Below, in pieces: positions 10,601 to 26,800 of a stretch of DNA of 64,000 nucleotides (positions are counted from its first letter, which is position 1; the number at the start of each line of letters is the position of its first letter). Below the pieces are notes generated by a model, which ran no database searches, was not told where the DNA came from, and saw nothing but the letters and a program-made list of their open reading frames with translations. Origin of the DNA: Podarcis melisellensis (lineage: Eukaryota); the NCBI GenBank assembly GCA_964234715.1, contig OZ174283.1. One strand, written 5' to 3'. Made by a program: the position numbers and the translations under genes.

Positions 10601-13600
10601 CTGCGCATGTGCACTGCAAAACCCAGTAAAATACTTCTGGGTTTGCCGCGTTCACATCCCGAAGTTTACGTATCCAGAGGGATACGTAAGCGGAGATACA
10701 ACTGTAGTTCTTCTCAGTCTGAAATCATTCTGATCCTCAGAATGTGCTGCTTTCAATCAAAATTGAGCTAGAGGCTGCTGGCAACAAGGGTGATGTGATT
10801 ACTTGATATACATTTTATAACACTCACCTTGATTAGATTATCCATGCCTTTTCCTCCTTACGCATACCCCCGGTAAACGAAGAAGGAACTGGTGATTGCA
10901 GTCTTGGTATAGGCCCACCCACAACATCTTGGTTTATGCCCGCCAAAAATGCCTTTGGCCCATCTCCCGATGCTGAGACCCATAGCCTTAATTTGTTTTC
11001 AAATGGACACACTGTGGGGCAATCTGCAGTGAGCTTTTATTTTCAGAATGAAACTCATTTCTCAGTAAGTGCATTTCAGGGGCAAACTATGCAAGATTGT
11101 GTGTGGATTATGTAGGAAAAACAAGCACTCAGTCTCCATTGAGTCTAGAAAAAAACATGTGTATGCAGCCTCATGTCCTCCTGTTTCAGTTCCACCAAAT
11201 GACTGCTTCTACTTACAGAGGTTCTTCAGAAGAGGGGAAAGAATAGGTGGATGCTGCTCCATCACATGCTTCCCTGATTCTGCCAGGCTTGCGCCTTGAT
11301 TTGCATGGTGATCCAGTTGGGAACCTTGCTTTCTAAAGTCAGACTGCTCCCACCCTCCTTCATAAAGCGCAGTTACAATCTATCAAAAATTGTCAGGCCC
11401 CTGACACTGAAGGTGAGGTGAAAGAGAAGGAATTATGGAGAGAAGATGGAAGGATTTTGCCAGATTGTGCAGGAGTCAGGACAAGAGCAAAAGAAACACA
11501 CTGTATTTATTATTTATTATATTTAATAGCATTTATATACTATTTACTGTGCCCCCCCTTTCTCACATGTGACTTTGGCAAACAAGGCAAATGTATTTCT
11601 CTTGTGATAGCATAACACCTATGTATTCTTGTAGCTGTGAGCAGTGTGCTGAATAAGCACCTTGGAGAGATTATTTCCCCCCCTGCAGTAAGTGAACTAT
11701 GCTGTATATTTCTAATATGTAGTCTCTAACTCTTGTACTCTCATTTTCCTGACGTGAATTGTAATAGTGATGAAGTAGTGTGTATGGCTTTAATTCCTGC
11801 CAAGAACTGACATGTTTCTGATATATAGTTTTCTTAACTAAATTTGAGCTAAGCCTGGTATAAATTAGATTTGAATTATGCTACCTTAATTCTTGGAAGG
11901 AATGCATAGAGATGTCCATTTGGCTATAGCTGAATGTAGTCATTACAGTTGATAATATAATAATATTTTCAGCTGGTTAAGTCTGTCATTAGCATAAGAA
12001 ATAACAATACAATCCTATGTATGTTTTCTCCGAAGTAACATTAATTCAGTGGGGCTTTCTTCCAGGTGGATGTGTAGTCTAAGTTTCATTAAAATTCTCA
12101 AAGTAATGCAGTTTTCAGGCTTCAGACATGACCAACCACAAGAACATATACTATATTGATGCTAACAAAGAATTTTTTTCCGCTAAGGCAGAAATTAAAA
12201 AATGTACTTAAAAAAAATCTATAACAGCCACTCCTTATACATCATGTTCAAACTGACTAAGTTAGGACTTACATCATGGTACCAGAATTACTTACCTTGA
12301 AATTACAATAAAGCAAGAATTTTATCTCTGTGCGCACACAGATAGATGGATACACACACACACACACAGATGATGATACCAAATTTTATTTCATATTGAA
12401 TGTTTGTAGCCAAGTTGCAGCTTAGTTAGTTTTTATTAATTAGTAAATTTAATTTGTACTCTCACTCCACTGTCTCTTAGCCTTAATGGTCTCTCTCAAA
12501 TTTCCATTTAGTGATGGGAGAAACCCCACAAAGTAGAAATGATTCTTCATGCAACTATTAAGTTAAGTCACAGTCTAGGTCAGGGGTAGTCAACCTTTTT
12601 ATACCTACCGCCCACCTAGAATCTTGAAACACCCACTAGTGGGTGGTAGGGACCAGGTTGACAACTCCTGGTCTAGAGGTTCCCTGGCCCATTGTCCCCA
12701 AGAGCTGGAAAGTCATTTGGTCTTATAGTGCCATTACTTGTGCTTATGGAGTCCAAAAGCACATCTGATTTAGTAGCAATAGGATCCCATTACCAAGATG
12801 GCTGTCTCTGTATGGAATACCTTCAGTATTCTCCAGATTCATTCTTTGTTCCTTCTCTTCTACCTGACCACATCTGGTAATCAAGAACTCTGATGGCTTC
12901 TTCTAGACTTGACCTTGCTGCAAATAAATTTTTATTTATCTTATTCATAAAAAAATTATACACCACTTGATTGCCACCCCCTCAAACCTTTTCCATGATG
13001 TAAAACCATATTTGTAAAAGAAGGAATATCAGTGTATCTCTGTCTTTGAAGTGTTATATATGGAAGTTCATGACAAAACTACGTTTATTTATATCTTCAT
13101 ATTTATAGTCCACCTGATCTCACTGCATCAGGATGTAGCTGGATCAAAGGCTAGAGTTTCTCCTAGAATTTTCTAGCTGGACACAGTTAGCCATAGTCAA
13201 GAAGTGCCACATCAAGATCAAAGGCATGCAAGCAAAGGTCCAGAAAACAGATTAAATCCAGATGTGTGAAACCACAGAACAACCATTCTGCCAAGAAACA
13301 GTCTCAGAAAGGAAGGCTGGAAACAGCGGAGACATAGCAATCAGGTTTGGCTAGAGCAGTAGCATCCAGGGTTGAGTTTCATAACAGAATCCCTGAAGAT
13401 TTCGTTTCATTTGGTACTCTGCTCTTTTTGACCATGAAACATGGCCAGCAAAGAGATCCCATCTTGTCCTAACTAGCTTATTTCAGTAAGCTATCTTCAT
13501 ATGTTCCTTCCCCTGCCATGTCTATGTGTCAGACAACTTAAAATATAGTTGAACCAGGAAGTGACTAACTTAGAGCCATTAATTTCAGTGTGTCTACTCT

Positions 13601-16600
13601 GTGTAGAACTTAGTTGGATACAACTATCTGAAAGTCCTATTCAGATAATTGGTCTGCATGTATTCAAAGAACACATGAAAGGAGACCAGGGCTGCATGCA
13701 CCAGCCCTGTCACATACATTTAATCCTGTTGGTAGCTCCACTTCTGAATGCACAAAGATGTGAAGGAGGATTCTAAGCATGTTCAAAATCATCATGTGAA
13801 TGTCGGGAGTGAAGCAGATGGAATTTTTTGGGGGTGGGGGCAGAGCATGCGTCCCTTGCATGTGTTATTTGAACATGAGTAGACCTAATACTTTGGTAGT
13901 CCTAAACTCATCATACTCGGGAATGGCCCTGATTCCATGTAGATTCTAGGGCTATTGCATATTTGGTACCAGTATCTGTTATTTTTGGCCTAAAGTTGCA
14001 GAATAGTGCACGCTGCTTATCCGGCACCAGTTGAGACTAGCTTAATTTACCACTTAGCGTAATGCAGTGGTACCTTGGCTCAAGAACAGCTTAGTTTATG
14101 AACAACTTGGATTAAGAACGCTGAAAACCCGGAAGTAGGTGTATCGGTTTGTGAACTTTGCCATGGAAGCAGAACATGTTCCTCTTCCTGTTGAGTGTGT
14201 TCCAGTTGTAAATTGAGTCCCCCGCTGCTATGAAAAAGCACGTCTTGGTTTAAAAACGGACTTCCAGAACAGATTAAGTTCGTAAACTAAGGTACCACTA
14301 TATGTTGAATTTTGTTTTCATGCCTTTTTAAGTGATAAGGGCAAGCAATCAATTCTCTTCATTAAAAAATAAATCTGACCACAGTGAAAATGTAATGGTA
14401 ATAAAAAGTGATTTAGCATCCTCTCCTGCTCACTTCCCAAAATAACAGAGATATGTATGATGGGATCTTTGTAGCTTGTTAAAGTACAGTTGTCATATTT
14501 AGTCTTTAGGAACTTGGGGAAATTTGCCCAGCTGTAATAGTCTGTAGGTTTAGGCTTCTATACATAGAAAACATTTTGCTTCTGCTGAAAATGCAAAAGA
14601 GTTCTGTGTTTAGATTTTCCAAGACTTGCTAACACAACTAACTGTGTTTTGTACAAACCTCAGCAATATGTAGATGACAAGGTGATGCTCTGCAGTAAGA
14701 TGTGCATTTGGGGTTTGTGTGAAGGCTTGAGAACTTTCTTACCCGACGTGTCTCAAATGTTTTAGAAGCACACAGAAATTGACAGAAGCATAGTTGTCAA
14801 CTTTTCACTTTTTTAAAGGGAGATTCCGTTATTCTGAATAGGATTCCTCGCAAGAAAAGGGAAAAGTTGACAGCTATGCAAAAGTGTGACAGCATATCCA
14901 ATTTCTATTTACTAGAGTATACTCATCTGTATGCTGCAGCAATCTCCGAACTATGGAGGAAATACAACAGTGTTTATCAACCAATGGAGCAGACATTGTT
15001 GGTGGAATGGATTCCTGCCTGCGTATCCCCTGCAATCTTCTCCAGAGGGTGGGGGGAGGGATTGACTGGAGAGGTAGGAGAAGTCCCATTACACAAGTGA
15101 AAGTTTGCTCTTCCACTCAGTTGTGTGAATGGCTTTCTTAGAGTAAATTGCAAACACATGGGGAGGAATTTGTATCAGAACCCTCACATGGGAGTCAGAA
15201 GCTTTAGCCTTCAGGCCCCCATTGTTGTCCAAAATGGATTTGGCTCCCTGCATTTGCAATTTATTTGCATGGGGAGAAGCTCCCTTTTCTTGTGACTGGC
15301 ATCTTGCATATTTGATAATTCAAAGATGCTAAAGGATACTAAAAAGATACAAAAACTATTCAATTTCTGATGTTTATAATATTGTTACAATTCTCATCTA
15401 CAAAGGGGTATTTTTGGTGGGACCATAGAAGTCACTGTGTTTCAGCTGAATTTTAAAAAACTGCTCCATTTACTACTCCCCAGCATAATTTATCTGCACG
15501 CACTGGAAGAGTGAGTAGGATTTTTGCCTGTAGTCTTTTACTTTGTGCCCAACTTAAATGCAGTTTTAATGGCTATGAATAATCCATCCAGAATACATCA
15601 ATAGAACAATTCATTTCTTCTCAGTGGCGGAAAGAAAGTAGATTTAAATTGCATTTCATTGTAGCAGTTAGCCAAAAAAGATGAAAATGTATATCTAGGC
15701 TCAATATAATGCATATTTTTGCTCTTTGGAAAAGAATATTACCTGTGGTCTTCCTTGACTTGTAATTATATTTACTAAACAGGTATATTAACTAATCAGT
15801 CATGTCCATAATGGCTAGAAAAGTTGCTAGGGTGTAACAAAGGAGCCACATTTTCTGATTCCTCAGCAATAAAAGATTGATTAAATTAATGTGGTTAATT
15901 CCATTTTTAAACTTTTAATACTTTAAATACTTAAACTTTGAACATTTAAAGATGTGCACTGCAACCTTATATATGTCTATTCAGAGCTAAGCACCATTGA
16001 TTTCAGTGAGACTTACAGGTAAGTGTGTATAGGATTGCAGTCTTAAAGAGCTCAGTTGATACCATCAGTCGTTAGGTTCTTTCTGAACCATGTTCAGAGG
16101 TTCAAAATTCTTTGCAGAATCACAATGTGTAAAAACTAACAGCAAGAGCAGGGGAAATATTCCTCTTTCCCTCCGTGTTGGTACATGAAATTTAAATAGC
16201 TGAGTTGGACTTGGGGAGGACTGCATTTATGGTCTCTACTTTTTCACAACAGGTGATGTATCCTATGTGGCATCATTCAGAAATTCGGAATGTGGTATCA
16301 GTATGCTGATGACACCAAGTATTTTTGTTGCTGTCTTGATCCAGAAGCATTATTGGTAGTTCTAAGCCAGTACCTGGAGGCTATGATCAGATGAAAACTG
16401 AGCCAGAGAACGTACAGTTGCTGATAGCTTCCATTACGTAATATTAATGTGTTCAGCATTATATTAACATGCAGTTTTGAAGAGGTTGGGTTGCCCATTC
16501 TGGATGGGTCACACTGCCCTAGAAGCATCAAATTCATTCACATTTTAGAAGTGCTTGTCGACCCCATTCTGCTTCTGGATGTCTGTAACAAAGAGTGCTT

Positions 16601-17007
16601 TTAAGCAGCGGAGCTTTATTTGCTTGCTGCACGTGACTTGATCCTGTAGCACAAGAAACCTGCTATAAATATCCACAGTTTGGCAACCTCCTGTATTTTC
16701 ACTGTAAGAGAACTCTCCATGGGGCTACAAGCCATGTACTAAATGGCTATCTAGCTTTTAACTTGTACAGACTGTAAAGAGCTGCTCTTGCTTGACTTAA
16801 TTAGCTACTAGTGAGCATCTGTTAGGGGTAAGGTGTTAAACTTTACATTTATCTGTCTAATCAGTCTTACCCATGAGCATATTAATAGGGGATATTTTGC
16901 CAACTATCCAGTTCTTGCAGTTTATCATGGGCAAAGAAGGAATTGATGGATTCATACAGTTGACTCTCCCACAGATCAGGATACCCTCCCCCTATTTCCC
17001 CCCGACT

Positions 17008-17056
<49 letters not shown>

Positions 17057-17767
17057 TCCACATTTTCCGTACTTGGGAATTTATACAGGAATAGAAACTG
17101 TACAAATAAATTCTTATGTAGCATTACTAGATTTTAAAGCACGTAGCTAACAAGGTGAATATTTTTCCATCCCTATCACTTGATTTATTCATTTCATATA
17201 ATTTATATATGTCTTTTAACTAGAAATCCCAAAGCAGCATATAGCAATAGCAGTTTGAGATAACCTATATATACACAGCTTGTCTCTTGTTCATAGCAGC
17301 ATTTATGAAGCTCTGAATCAGGACAGTTGGTTCAGTGAAATTTGGGATGAAAACACTCAGAAAGGGGTGCATTTGGGATGAAAACACCCAGAAAGGGGTG
17401 CATGAGATTGAAAGGTTTACCTACCAGCAGCCTCTCAAAACTTCCTTTTAGTATCTACCCAGGAGTTCTTAAAGAAGTCAAATGTGAAATTGCTGATCTT
17501 CTAACAAAAAATTGTAGCTTGTTCCTAAGATCAGCCTCTATACCTGAAAACTAGAAGGGACCTCAGAAATCACAGCCCAATTAATGCCTCTTTCAGGAAA
17601 ACTGCTGAAAAGTACTGTATTAACAAAGACAAAACTCTCAAACATATAGAAGAACAAGTCTTGCTGAAGTCCTTTCTTGGTAACCTATTAGAGTTCTTTG
17701 ATACTGTCAACCAGCGTATAGATAGAGGTGATCTACTTCACACCATCTGCTTAGACTTTCAAAAAGC

Positions 17768-17801
<34 letters not shown>

Positions 17802-20800
17802 ACCTTACCAAAGATTTCCCGAGTTAGCTTAGCAGTTGTGGAATATGAGGAAAGGCTATCTTTTAGCTCAGCAACTGGTTAAGAAATAGGAAGCAGAGAG
17901 TAGAAATAAATGGACAGTTTTCCCAGTTGGAAGGATTCTTGTAGAAAGTAGAGTCACCCAAGGGTGGATACTGGGACTTGTTCATAAATGAGCAGTGAGG
18001 TAGAAAATTTGCTTAGGGTGGATTAAACCAAAAGGGGTAGTGAAGAGCTTCAAAAAGATTCTTCTGACTAAGTGTAAACAAGTTTAAAGTGCTGCACACT
18101 GGGACAAAAAAAGAGAGAGCTAAATTTTCAATGCTCATGAAAATTTGGTGGTGTTGGACCAGGAATGAGACTTTGGGTCATAGTGAAGAGCTCAATAAAA
18201 ATGTCAACCTAGTGTGCAGCAGATGTGAAAAAGGCAAATTGCATGCTCAGAATCATGAAGAAAGGGGTTGAAAATAAAATGCCAGTATTGTGATGCCATT
18301 ATACAAATCTGTGGGGTGATTGCACTTGGAATACTGTGTACAGTTCTGGTTGCTTCACCTCAGAAAGGATCTTGGCAGTGTTGGGAAATAGCAACAAAAA
18401 TGAGCAAGGGAATAGAGCAACTTCCCTGTGAGGAAAAGCAGCATCATTTGGGGGGGGGGTTAATTTAGAGAAAAGGAGTGTAAGATGAGTCATGAAATAG
18501 TGTGTATGCATGGTGGAGCAAGTGGACAGAGAAGTTTTTCATAACTCTAGAACCTGGGGACATCCCATAAAGCTGAATGTTAGAAGAGTCAGGGCAGATG
18601 AAAGTAAGTTCTTTATGCAGTGTGTATAAAATTATAGAATTCACTCCTACAAGAGGTAGTGATGGTCACCAGCTTAATGGCTCTAAACGGTTAGACAAAT
18701 TCATGGATAATTAAGGCTACCAATGCCAATTATCCACAATGGTGAGCTTCTACCTCAAATGTTAGAGGTAGTGTGCTTCTGAAAACCAGTTGCTAGGAAC
18801 CACTGGTGGAGAAAGTGCAGTTGCACTCAGGCCCTGGTTTTGCACTTCTCATTGGCTTCTGGTTGACCACAGCAGGAACAGGGGGCTGGGCCAGATGGGC
18901 CATTGGCTTCATCACAGGCTCTTCCTATATTCACCATGTTTGCAGACTGATTACTATTATTAAAGAAGAGTCATAAATATGGTTTCCAGTGTTGTGTAGT
19001 GGTTAAGAGCGGTGGACTCGTAATCTGGTGAACTGGGTTTGCTTCCCCACTCCTCCACATGCAGCTGCTGGGTGACCTTGGGCCAGTCACACTTCTCTGA
19101 AGTCTCTCAGCCTCACTCACTTCACAGAGTGTTTGTTTGTTGTGGGGAAAGAAGGGAAACAAGAATGTTAGCCGCTTTGAGACTCCTTCGGGTAGTGATA
19201 AAGCGGGATATCAAATCCAAACTCCTTCTCCTTCTTCTCTTCTTTTCTTTAATGAAGCATTCTTTTAAATTAATTTGTTTTATAAAGGAAGCTAATGTGT
19301 GTTAGGAATATTAACACACAGTTTATTTTATATGTTACATCTGATTTTTTAAAATACCGGTAATCAATAGATTATATGATTTTGAAAGCCAACATTAAGC
19401 ACACTCATGCACAGTCCAGAGAACCAGCAAAAATAGCCATGCATTCTGAGTGTTATAAATAGAACTATTTACTTTATGCAGAAAGTCAGTTCCTTGGACA
19501 GATTCCCATTTTTATTTAATTTTGTTACTCATAATTTTTTCCACTAACTGAATGTTTACAATATTTACAGAACCTTTAAGAATGAGGCGGGCAATACACC
19601 CAGCTTATGAAACATATATGACCTTGTGTTTGACCTACCAGTGGGGAAACTGGAGGTGAAAGAGAACAGGGCTTCTGTAACAATTGTGTAAAGGGAGCTT
19701 TGGCTGGTGCAGTTTGTCATATCAAACTGATAGAAGTTGAATTCCCCTCTCCTACACAATACGGCAGGTACTGAAACCCTGCCATCCTTTGCTTTTGTCA
19801 GCATAATTCCCCAAGTGGTATTTATGGAGAGTCACCCATGGCATCGATTCAGGGCCACACTGTGACCTCCAGTATGTGTCTGCCATGTAGAATTCAGGCT
19901 TTACTCTCATATTTTAGTTGCAAGCAAAATGCCTGCCATTTTGACAGATGAGGCTTGCAATCCATTGGGCTTCTGTGCTCCCTGCCCATTGAGGTGTCCT
20001 TTTCATTGAAGTTGGGGAGCCCAGTGTTGAGAAGAGGTCAAGTTTTGTTCTCATCGCAAAAGCATCCAGACATGCAGCACTTTACTTTCTCACAGAAATG
20101 AATGAATGCAGTTTGTTCCTCTAGTAAGCAAGAAAAGGATGGTGACATGTCGTGGGCAGCTCACTCTACTCTGTACCTTGGTGATGCTAATCAGTGGATA
20201 GCCCTATTTTTGCTTTCCTTTTTGATGATGCTAAACTGGTGTTTTTTAAAAAAATAAAAATAAAAAATAGATTAAAATTGCATTCCATTCTTCATAGAAG
20301 GAGCTCAGAGCAGATATATGCTTTTTATCAGTTAGGCTGACAGACCTATTTGCCCAGTGTGAGCTTCTTCAAGTGGGGAATTGTGCCGAAGTTGCCCATG
20401 TGGAAACTCAGTGCCTTGGCTGCAGCAACATGTTGAGGAAGGTCTGGAACACTTGTGTTGTGGTGGCAGGAATAGAAGCTTTCTTTGTAACAGAATGACT
20501 AACCTTTAGACGTGTGTTATTGTTATGGTGTTAGCACTGGTATCATACTCCAGCACACTATATACAGAGATCACCAAATATTTCACAAAATATGTGAACC
20601 CAGAGAGAGATCTTAAGTGACCAACCTTAAAGTTTTTCAAATTCCATATCTTCCCATGGTTGATGACCTCTAAGTGCTGTGCCTCTATCGTTTTGCCTTC
20701 TGGATTACCATGCTGTTGGTAAGTCAGTGAGATCCAACTATAGTGCCATGCACATACAGTGAGATGCAAAGCTTTGTGCTTCTATACAAAGGAGGAAGAT

Positions 20801-23800
20801 ATTCAGCCAATGTGGTGAGTTTGGATTCTTCTGGCAGCCAGTCTGTAATACATGAGGTTATGTTACATGCATGCATCTGTGTCTGTTTGGGGTTTATTCA
20901 GAGGTGAACATTAATCTGAATTGAGGTGACTTTTAGAAACCTGATTTGAAATGGCTGCATGATAGTATCTGTTGAACAACAAGGTCTACTTACACACAAT
21001 AGTGGCAAAAAGCCCAACAGAAACAATGCCTGACATATAAAAGCAACCTTGGATTTTTATTTTTTTTTAAGAACGTGTTTTAAGTGTCATACACATACGC
21101 AGGAAAAGTTTAATTGCAAGGGAATACAGTTCTGTGCTATATTTAATTGTTCATGGCAGCATAGTACGTAAGTTTTCCAGGGAAGCTTGAATATATTCAC
21201 ATCTATGAAGTTTGTAGCACTTTCTTTTACCCTTCTTACATTGTAGCCGTTCTATGTTGCAATTGCCCTCTTGGGAGCATTGCTACAAATGAGCTCTTCC
21301 TCTTTATATTAAACATTTATTGTAGGGAGTTTCATAGTGAATAGGAAATGTATTATAGATAAAATGTCAAGGTTATATGTCACAAGACTGAAAAGCTTCT
21401 AACATAACCATAAATCACAGTAAGGAGAAACACTGCAAGCTCTGAAGTTTGACAATGGTACGGCAAAAAACATGTATTGCGATCTGATTTGTGTGCTTGG
21501 ATACTTGCAGTAAAGTTTTACTTTACAGTAAAACAACCAGAGTGGCTTGACCTCAGCTGAAAATTGTATTTTCACCCCCCCCCGCATGATTTCATCCGAC
21601 CAAAGTTAAGAACTTTTATGTCCCATATTTACAATGTGAGAGTTGGTCACATATTTTAAAGCTCTCCCACTGACTTTAATACAGCTTAAATGAGCTTAGC
21701 TTTGTCTGAATTGTGTCCATTGAAGTGAGTTCTGCAAATTGATTTACATGTAATGCTAATCCAGACCTTGCCTTAGTACAAATGCACAAGCGTGATGGTT
21801 TCTGGAGAGGAGATCATGACCACTATGTGAACATGTAACCTCCAGCAGATAAAACACCCTCATGCTTTCTCTGCATTTTCCAGAGTAAGCTTCAAAACAT
21901 CTAGAAGTAGGGGAGAAATCAGATAAATTGGAAGAAAATGAGGACAGCCCTATCATACAGTAAGAAGAAACAGTCTGCTACGTGTGATAAAATTTAGGGA
22001 ACAGGTGAAGGTAGAAAGTGATGCTTGAACTTTTGAAAGTTTATCTTGGCTGTGGGGGTTGCCATTTGGAGCTCTGCTTCAAGCAGCAAAATCACCTGGG
22101 CACTGAGAGAAAAAGTGGTTGGATGCTGAGCAAATGATGTGGAGAAGGAGTGTCTCATTAGGTTATTTCCCAGGGTATGTACTTAGGGTTGAAACCTGAA
22201 GTCATCCTTTTTGCACATAGTGAAATTATGCTGCATATCCAAACTTGCAACTGAACTCTGTTGTCTCCAAATCCTCAGAGCTAAATGAACAATTCTTGCC
22301 CCCCCCCACTGTGGAGAGTGGGGGCCAAGAGAAAATGCCTTGATGAGTTAGACGTGGTCTGCAAGATGCCTAATTACTCTTGGCCTTGCTAGTCCTGTGT
22401 CCTTTTAATGGCTAATTCCTGTTAGCGTTTTAGCAGATACATTCTGCAAACTAGAAGGCAATGATGAAAATAATCAGTTCCTGTTACTTTTTTCATTCCC
22501 ATGTTCTTGTGACATATAAAAGCATTACAGGGTTTGAAAACAGTTGTGAACTATTTATTCATGGTTGTAAATTAATACCTCCACTATATATATAGTCTAA
22601 TACTTGGCAGATATTTTGTACATTGTGGAGAGCCAATACATTGTATTTAGTTACAGCACGGTTATCATAATAACATAGTATATTCTCAAAAATAGATGTG
22701 TTTTCAAAAGACAAGTTGATTATGTACAGAGATCTGGAGTTAAACTCGTTTGTTCGCCTTTCTAGAGCTGTTGTTAAGCTCCCTCCCCCTTCCATATACA
22801 CTTACTGGTTTTTTTGTACTTTAATCTAGTTAAGCACTGAAGCACACCCTGTTTTGAAAAGAAAGATGACACCAATCATAAATCACATTGTTTTTCTATT
22901 TGTTTGACTTGGCAGCCATTTTAAAAGAAAACCTCCCACACGTAGACATTAAAAGCTTGCTACTATACTGGATGAACTTTATGAGAAACCAACCTCAGCT
23001 GCAGATGGGAGTTTTCCAAAGATTACTGCCCAAGGGTAGTTTTGAACCAGCATCTTAAGACAATCACAGTTACTGATCTTATTACCTCAGTGTATAAGGA
23101 TTCCAATATTTCACCACAGTTATCACTAACTTTTGAAGATATTTTGCATTGAAAAGTATGGATGAAATCTCAGAAGACTATGACCCCCACAAAAGTTTCT
23201 ATTTTGAGATTTCAGCCTTACTTTCTATGGCAAGTTTTTTTCATGTATCTTTCCATGTGGTAATATTGCGAATATTCTCTTTGTAATACAGTATTTAGGT
23301 TTGGATCCAGACTTCCCCTTCTGCAGGTTCAAGGGCTCCTTTCATTGCAAATGGCTTCAAGATCCATTAGAGCTTCCCTATGGAAGTAGGACCCAGGGAG
23401 GAGATGCTTTTCATAGATTGTTCCCTACTGCTCCTTCCATTACCTGTCAGACTGTTCTAGGGGTATTCCAATCATACAGAGGAGATTTTTAAGAGTTACT
23501 GGGGGCTTCAGGGAGAAGGAGAGATTGACAAGAATCACCTTCTCCTCTTCTGCCCTTGGAAGTGTCCACTCTCTGGTGTTCTGCCCCCAGTGAGTCTGCT
23601 TTTAATCCCGAGTGAACCAAATATGAGAGATACAATGTGGTTGTGGCCAAGCAAGGTTTTGAAAACTCTCTTCAGGCCTGAATAAAACACTCTGTTGTGC
23701 ACGATATCTTGACTTATCCCTCTCAATTTCTTATGATTATATATCCATAACTGCTCCAATGTATTAATATCAACAGGACCACATGAGCCAACAGGCCAGA

Positions 23801-26800
23801 TTGGCATTTTAGTCTGCAATTCCTATTATAATCAGTGGGAATTGCACCATGTTCCCAAGAGTAGCTTTTCAGAAACATTGCAATGTATTTCAAAACAAAC
23901 AAAAATGCTTTTTCCCATGGAAAGTCCAAAGCAGACAGTACATGAAATAAAAATTAAAGGCTTTGCTGGGTTTAGCCATTGAATTTCTGTTGTGGGCCAT
24001 TTTACACGTAAACAGGATGCTAGTACTATTATAGCCATACTTAACTAGTGTAAATGTATTTTAATTTAAGACCAAGGTTTTTTTTATGTTGCTCACAACC
24101 GAAGTCTCACAGCCACCTGGTCTTGCATTGGACTTATTTCGTATCCCAGATGGTATAATGAGAAAATGGTGGTGGGGTGGGAAGGAAGTTGAACATGTGT
24201 GCGTTTGTGTGTGTCCTGTTATTGATGTCCTGATGTGTGTGTGTTAGAACATGGGGGAGCCACACCCACTTTGGCACATAGCCTCCAGAAGGAGATGCAA
24301 CCCTTTGCCAAAAAATGCTAACTCCCTCCTGTCCCTGTGTGCACACACACACAAATGCTTCCCCCTTGATCACTCTAATCCATGGACTAGATAGGATCGT
24401 TGAAGGGAAATCATATGTGTGCATGATTGTGTGGAAAGCAGAGGTGTTCAGTCATCCTTTACAAGTTTGCTTTCAGCAATCTGCAATGCCTGCCCTAAGT
24501 ATTCTGCAGGATCTTGGTACACCCCCATTGTTTTTTATCTATGCAAACCCTTACTGCAAACAATTAATGCTTCTTGTCCCTGTACATGTTCCCACAATTT
24601 AAAAATATTTAGAAAGTGTGTATCTACTTCAGAAATAGTGCCCTTGATTCGTTGCATTGTGACGCTCATTCCAAAGCAGACACAATGATATGAAGGGTTG
24701 GCTAAATGATATGTTAGTCCCATATTCTTTGTGATGACGTAGGATGAGATTGTCTACAGTCTGCTAAGGTTCAGGAATCACTGAGAGAGGATAGACATAA
24801 CCACCCTGCTTGTGATAACTGTTCATTCCTTCTCTTTTGTTTTACCCAATGCATTTTATTCTATTTTTTGGGCATAACAACAAACAGCTAAGGTCCACAA
24901 CTCTTACTTTTTTTTTTTAGTGTGGAAAGATGCACACAGTAAAACATATCTGAATACCACTCTATATTTCTAAGAAGTTCTGTCCAGCCTATTCTGATGA
25001 GTTAATCATTCTGACAGTGTCAGTTGCCATGTCCTGGCAAGCCAGCCTGTAGCAGCATAACCTGCTTATACCTCTCAGTTACATGCTACCTCCATGCCCG
25101 CAACCTCTTAATAACACCAAATTCATGTAGAGATATGTTTTCAATGGCCCATGATATGCTAGCAAATATTCAGAGGTGAGCACTTGTTTAAATCGTATCT
25201 GAGAAACTCCTATAAACTGCAAACCACGATCTCTCTGGACATTCCCATCGCAAAGGAAAGGAAGCTCCTCTCATTCCACACTCCTGGCAACACTTGGAGG
25301 GCAGTGAATTATTTATGTCATGCATTCTTTGTGAGATCATATGTCAGCACTGATTTGTGTATTCTAGCTATTCTATAGAATTGTATTATATTTTCTACAT
25401 GTATTCCTATTCTGCTTGGGGCATCGCTCATTTGTGCAGTTCTGCATGCAATTCCTCAGGCTTCACTGAGATGGTTTCTGGGCCAGCATTTTATCCAAGA
25501 AACTGAAATAATTTTTCCATTGACAATTTGCTCAAGCAATCTTTCCTTTTTGATGAGTACTTTCCAGCGATAACAACTTTTTGCTTGTCAGATGAGAGTT
25601 CTTTGATGCTCAAGTACTACATAGAAGTGAGTTGTATGAAATTACTGATGGAGCTTATTAGGCCCAAGGGCAATATGTTTGGAGGAGAGGGCATGCATCT
25701 ACATGTTCCAGTCTCAAACAAAAAAGTTAGTTACTATGATTACAACTGATTCCTTTTCTTTGGGAGTGGCATGTTTTTCTGGGTTCATTGCTACCTTGCC
25801 TTACTTTCAGCCCAAATGTTTGCATAAATAAAGCTGTGGCTTTTCATGCCATGCTACTTGTGTGTTCTGATTTATTGGTTGAAAAAAACAATGGAAGCAG
25901 GTGCAGGAGCCTGCAAGTTAATAATTAACTCCATTTATGGTGGCTATTGTTTTTAACATTTGTTTTCTTAAAAGTATCTTTTTCTTTTTATATATGTATA
26001 AAAGGTCATTTCTGACCAAGATGAACATAATATGGCTTTTCTTAAATGGGATATGCAATGAGGCGAACATGTCTTTTTCCATCATAACACTCCTCTAGGA
26101 AAATAGCATTTCCCCAGCATTTTGTTGCTAGGAAAAAATGCAAGTTTCTTGCCCTGCACAGCTGATAAATGTGGAATGTCTGGGATATGGATGAGTGAAG
26201 CTCCTAAGCACATCTTGACATTTGTAATACTGCCAAGTGATTAAGGAAACAACTCCTCATACTGTAGTTTGGGGAAAGTTTTAGATTCTGTTACTCTGGT
26301 AATTCTCCTTAATGGTGAGGCTGAATGCTGTTGTGTTATAGCACCTGAAAAGAGGGGTGGCTCATATAACTATTCACACACACTAAAATGGGATATAGCC
26401 ATTTCAGGACTTGCTTCTCTTCCTCCATTACTTCTTCAGTTGGTTGAAACCTGGATGTTTCTGAACAGACATCTTCCATGTGAGAGAATTAAGAAATTTG
26501 CCTTCCATCTGCAAAAAAACCCCTGCTTTCTGTCCACAGGATAGGGATGGATAATGATGTTAATAGTACCAAAGAACCGGGACTTGGCCTACTTTATTCT
26601 CTCCTTTTATCTGTTCATCAGCAGACAGAACAACAGTGCATTGCAGACTTCATTATACTTACAAAATTAGAAAATCAATCCAACTATTATACATTTCTCA
26701 TTTCTATATTGAAAAAAAGTTATCTAAAATGTTATAGTATCAGTACACTATCTCTTTCACTATCTAAAGTTTTTAAAAATTTGTAAGATCAAAATAATTT

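Noticed and set aside
17341-17402. Repeat-spacer-like or CRISPR-like pattern
   Set aside because: Simple two-unit tandem duplication with no spacers, in a vertebrate genome
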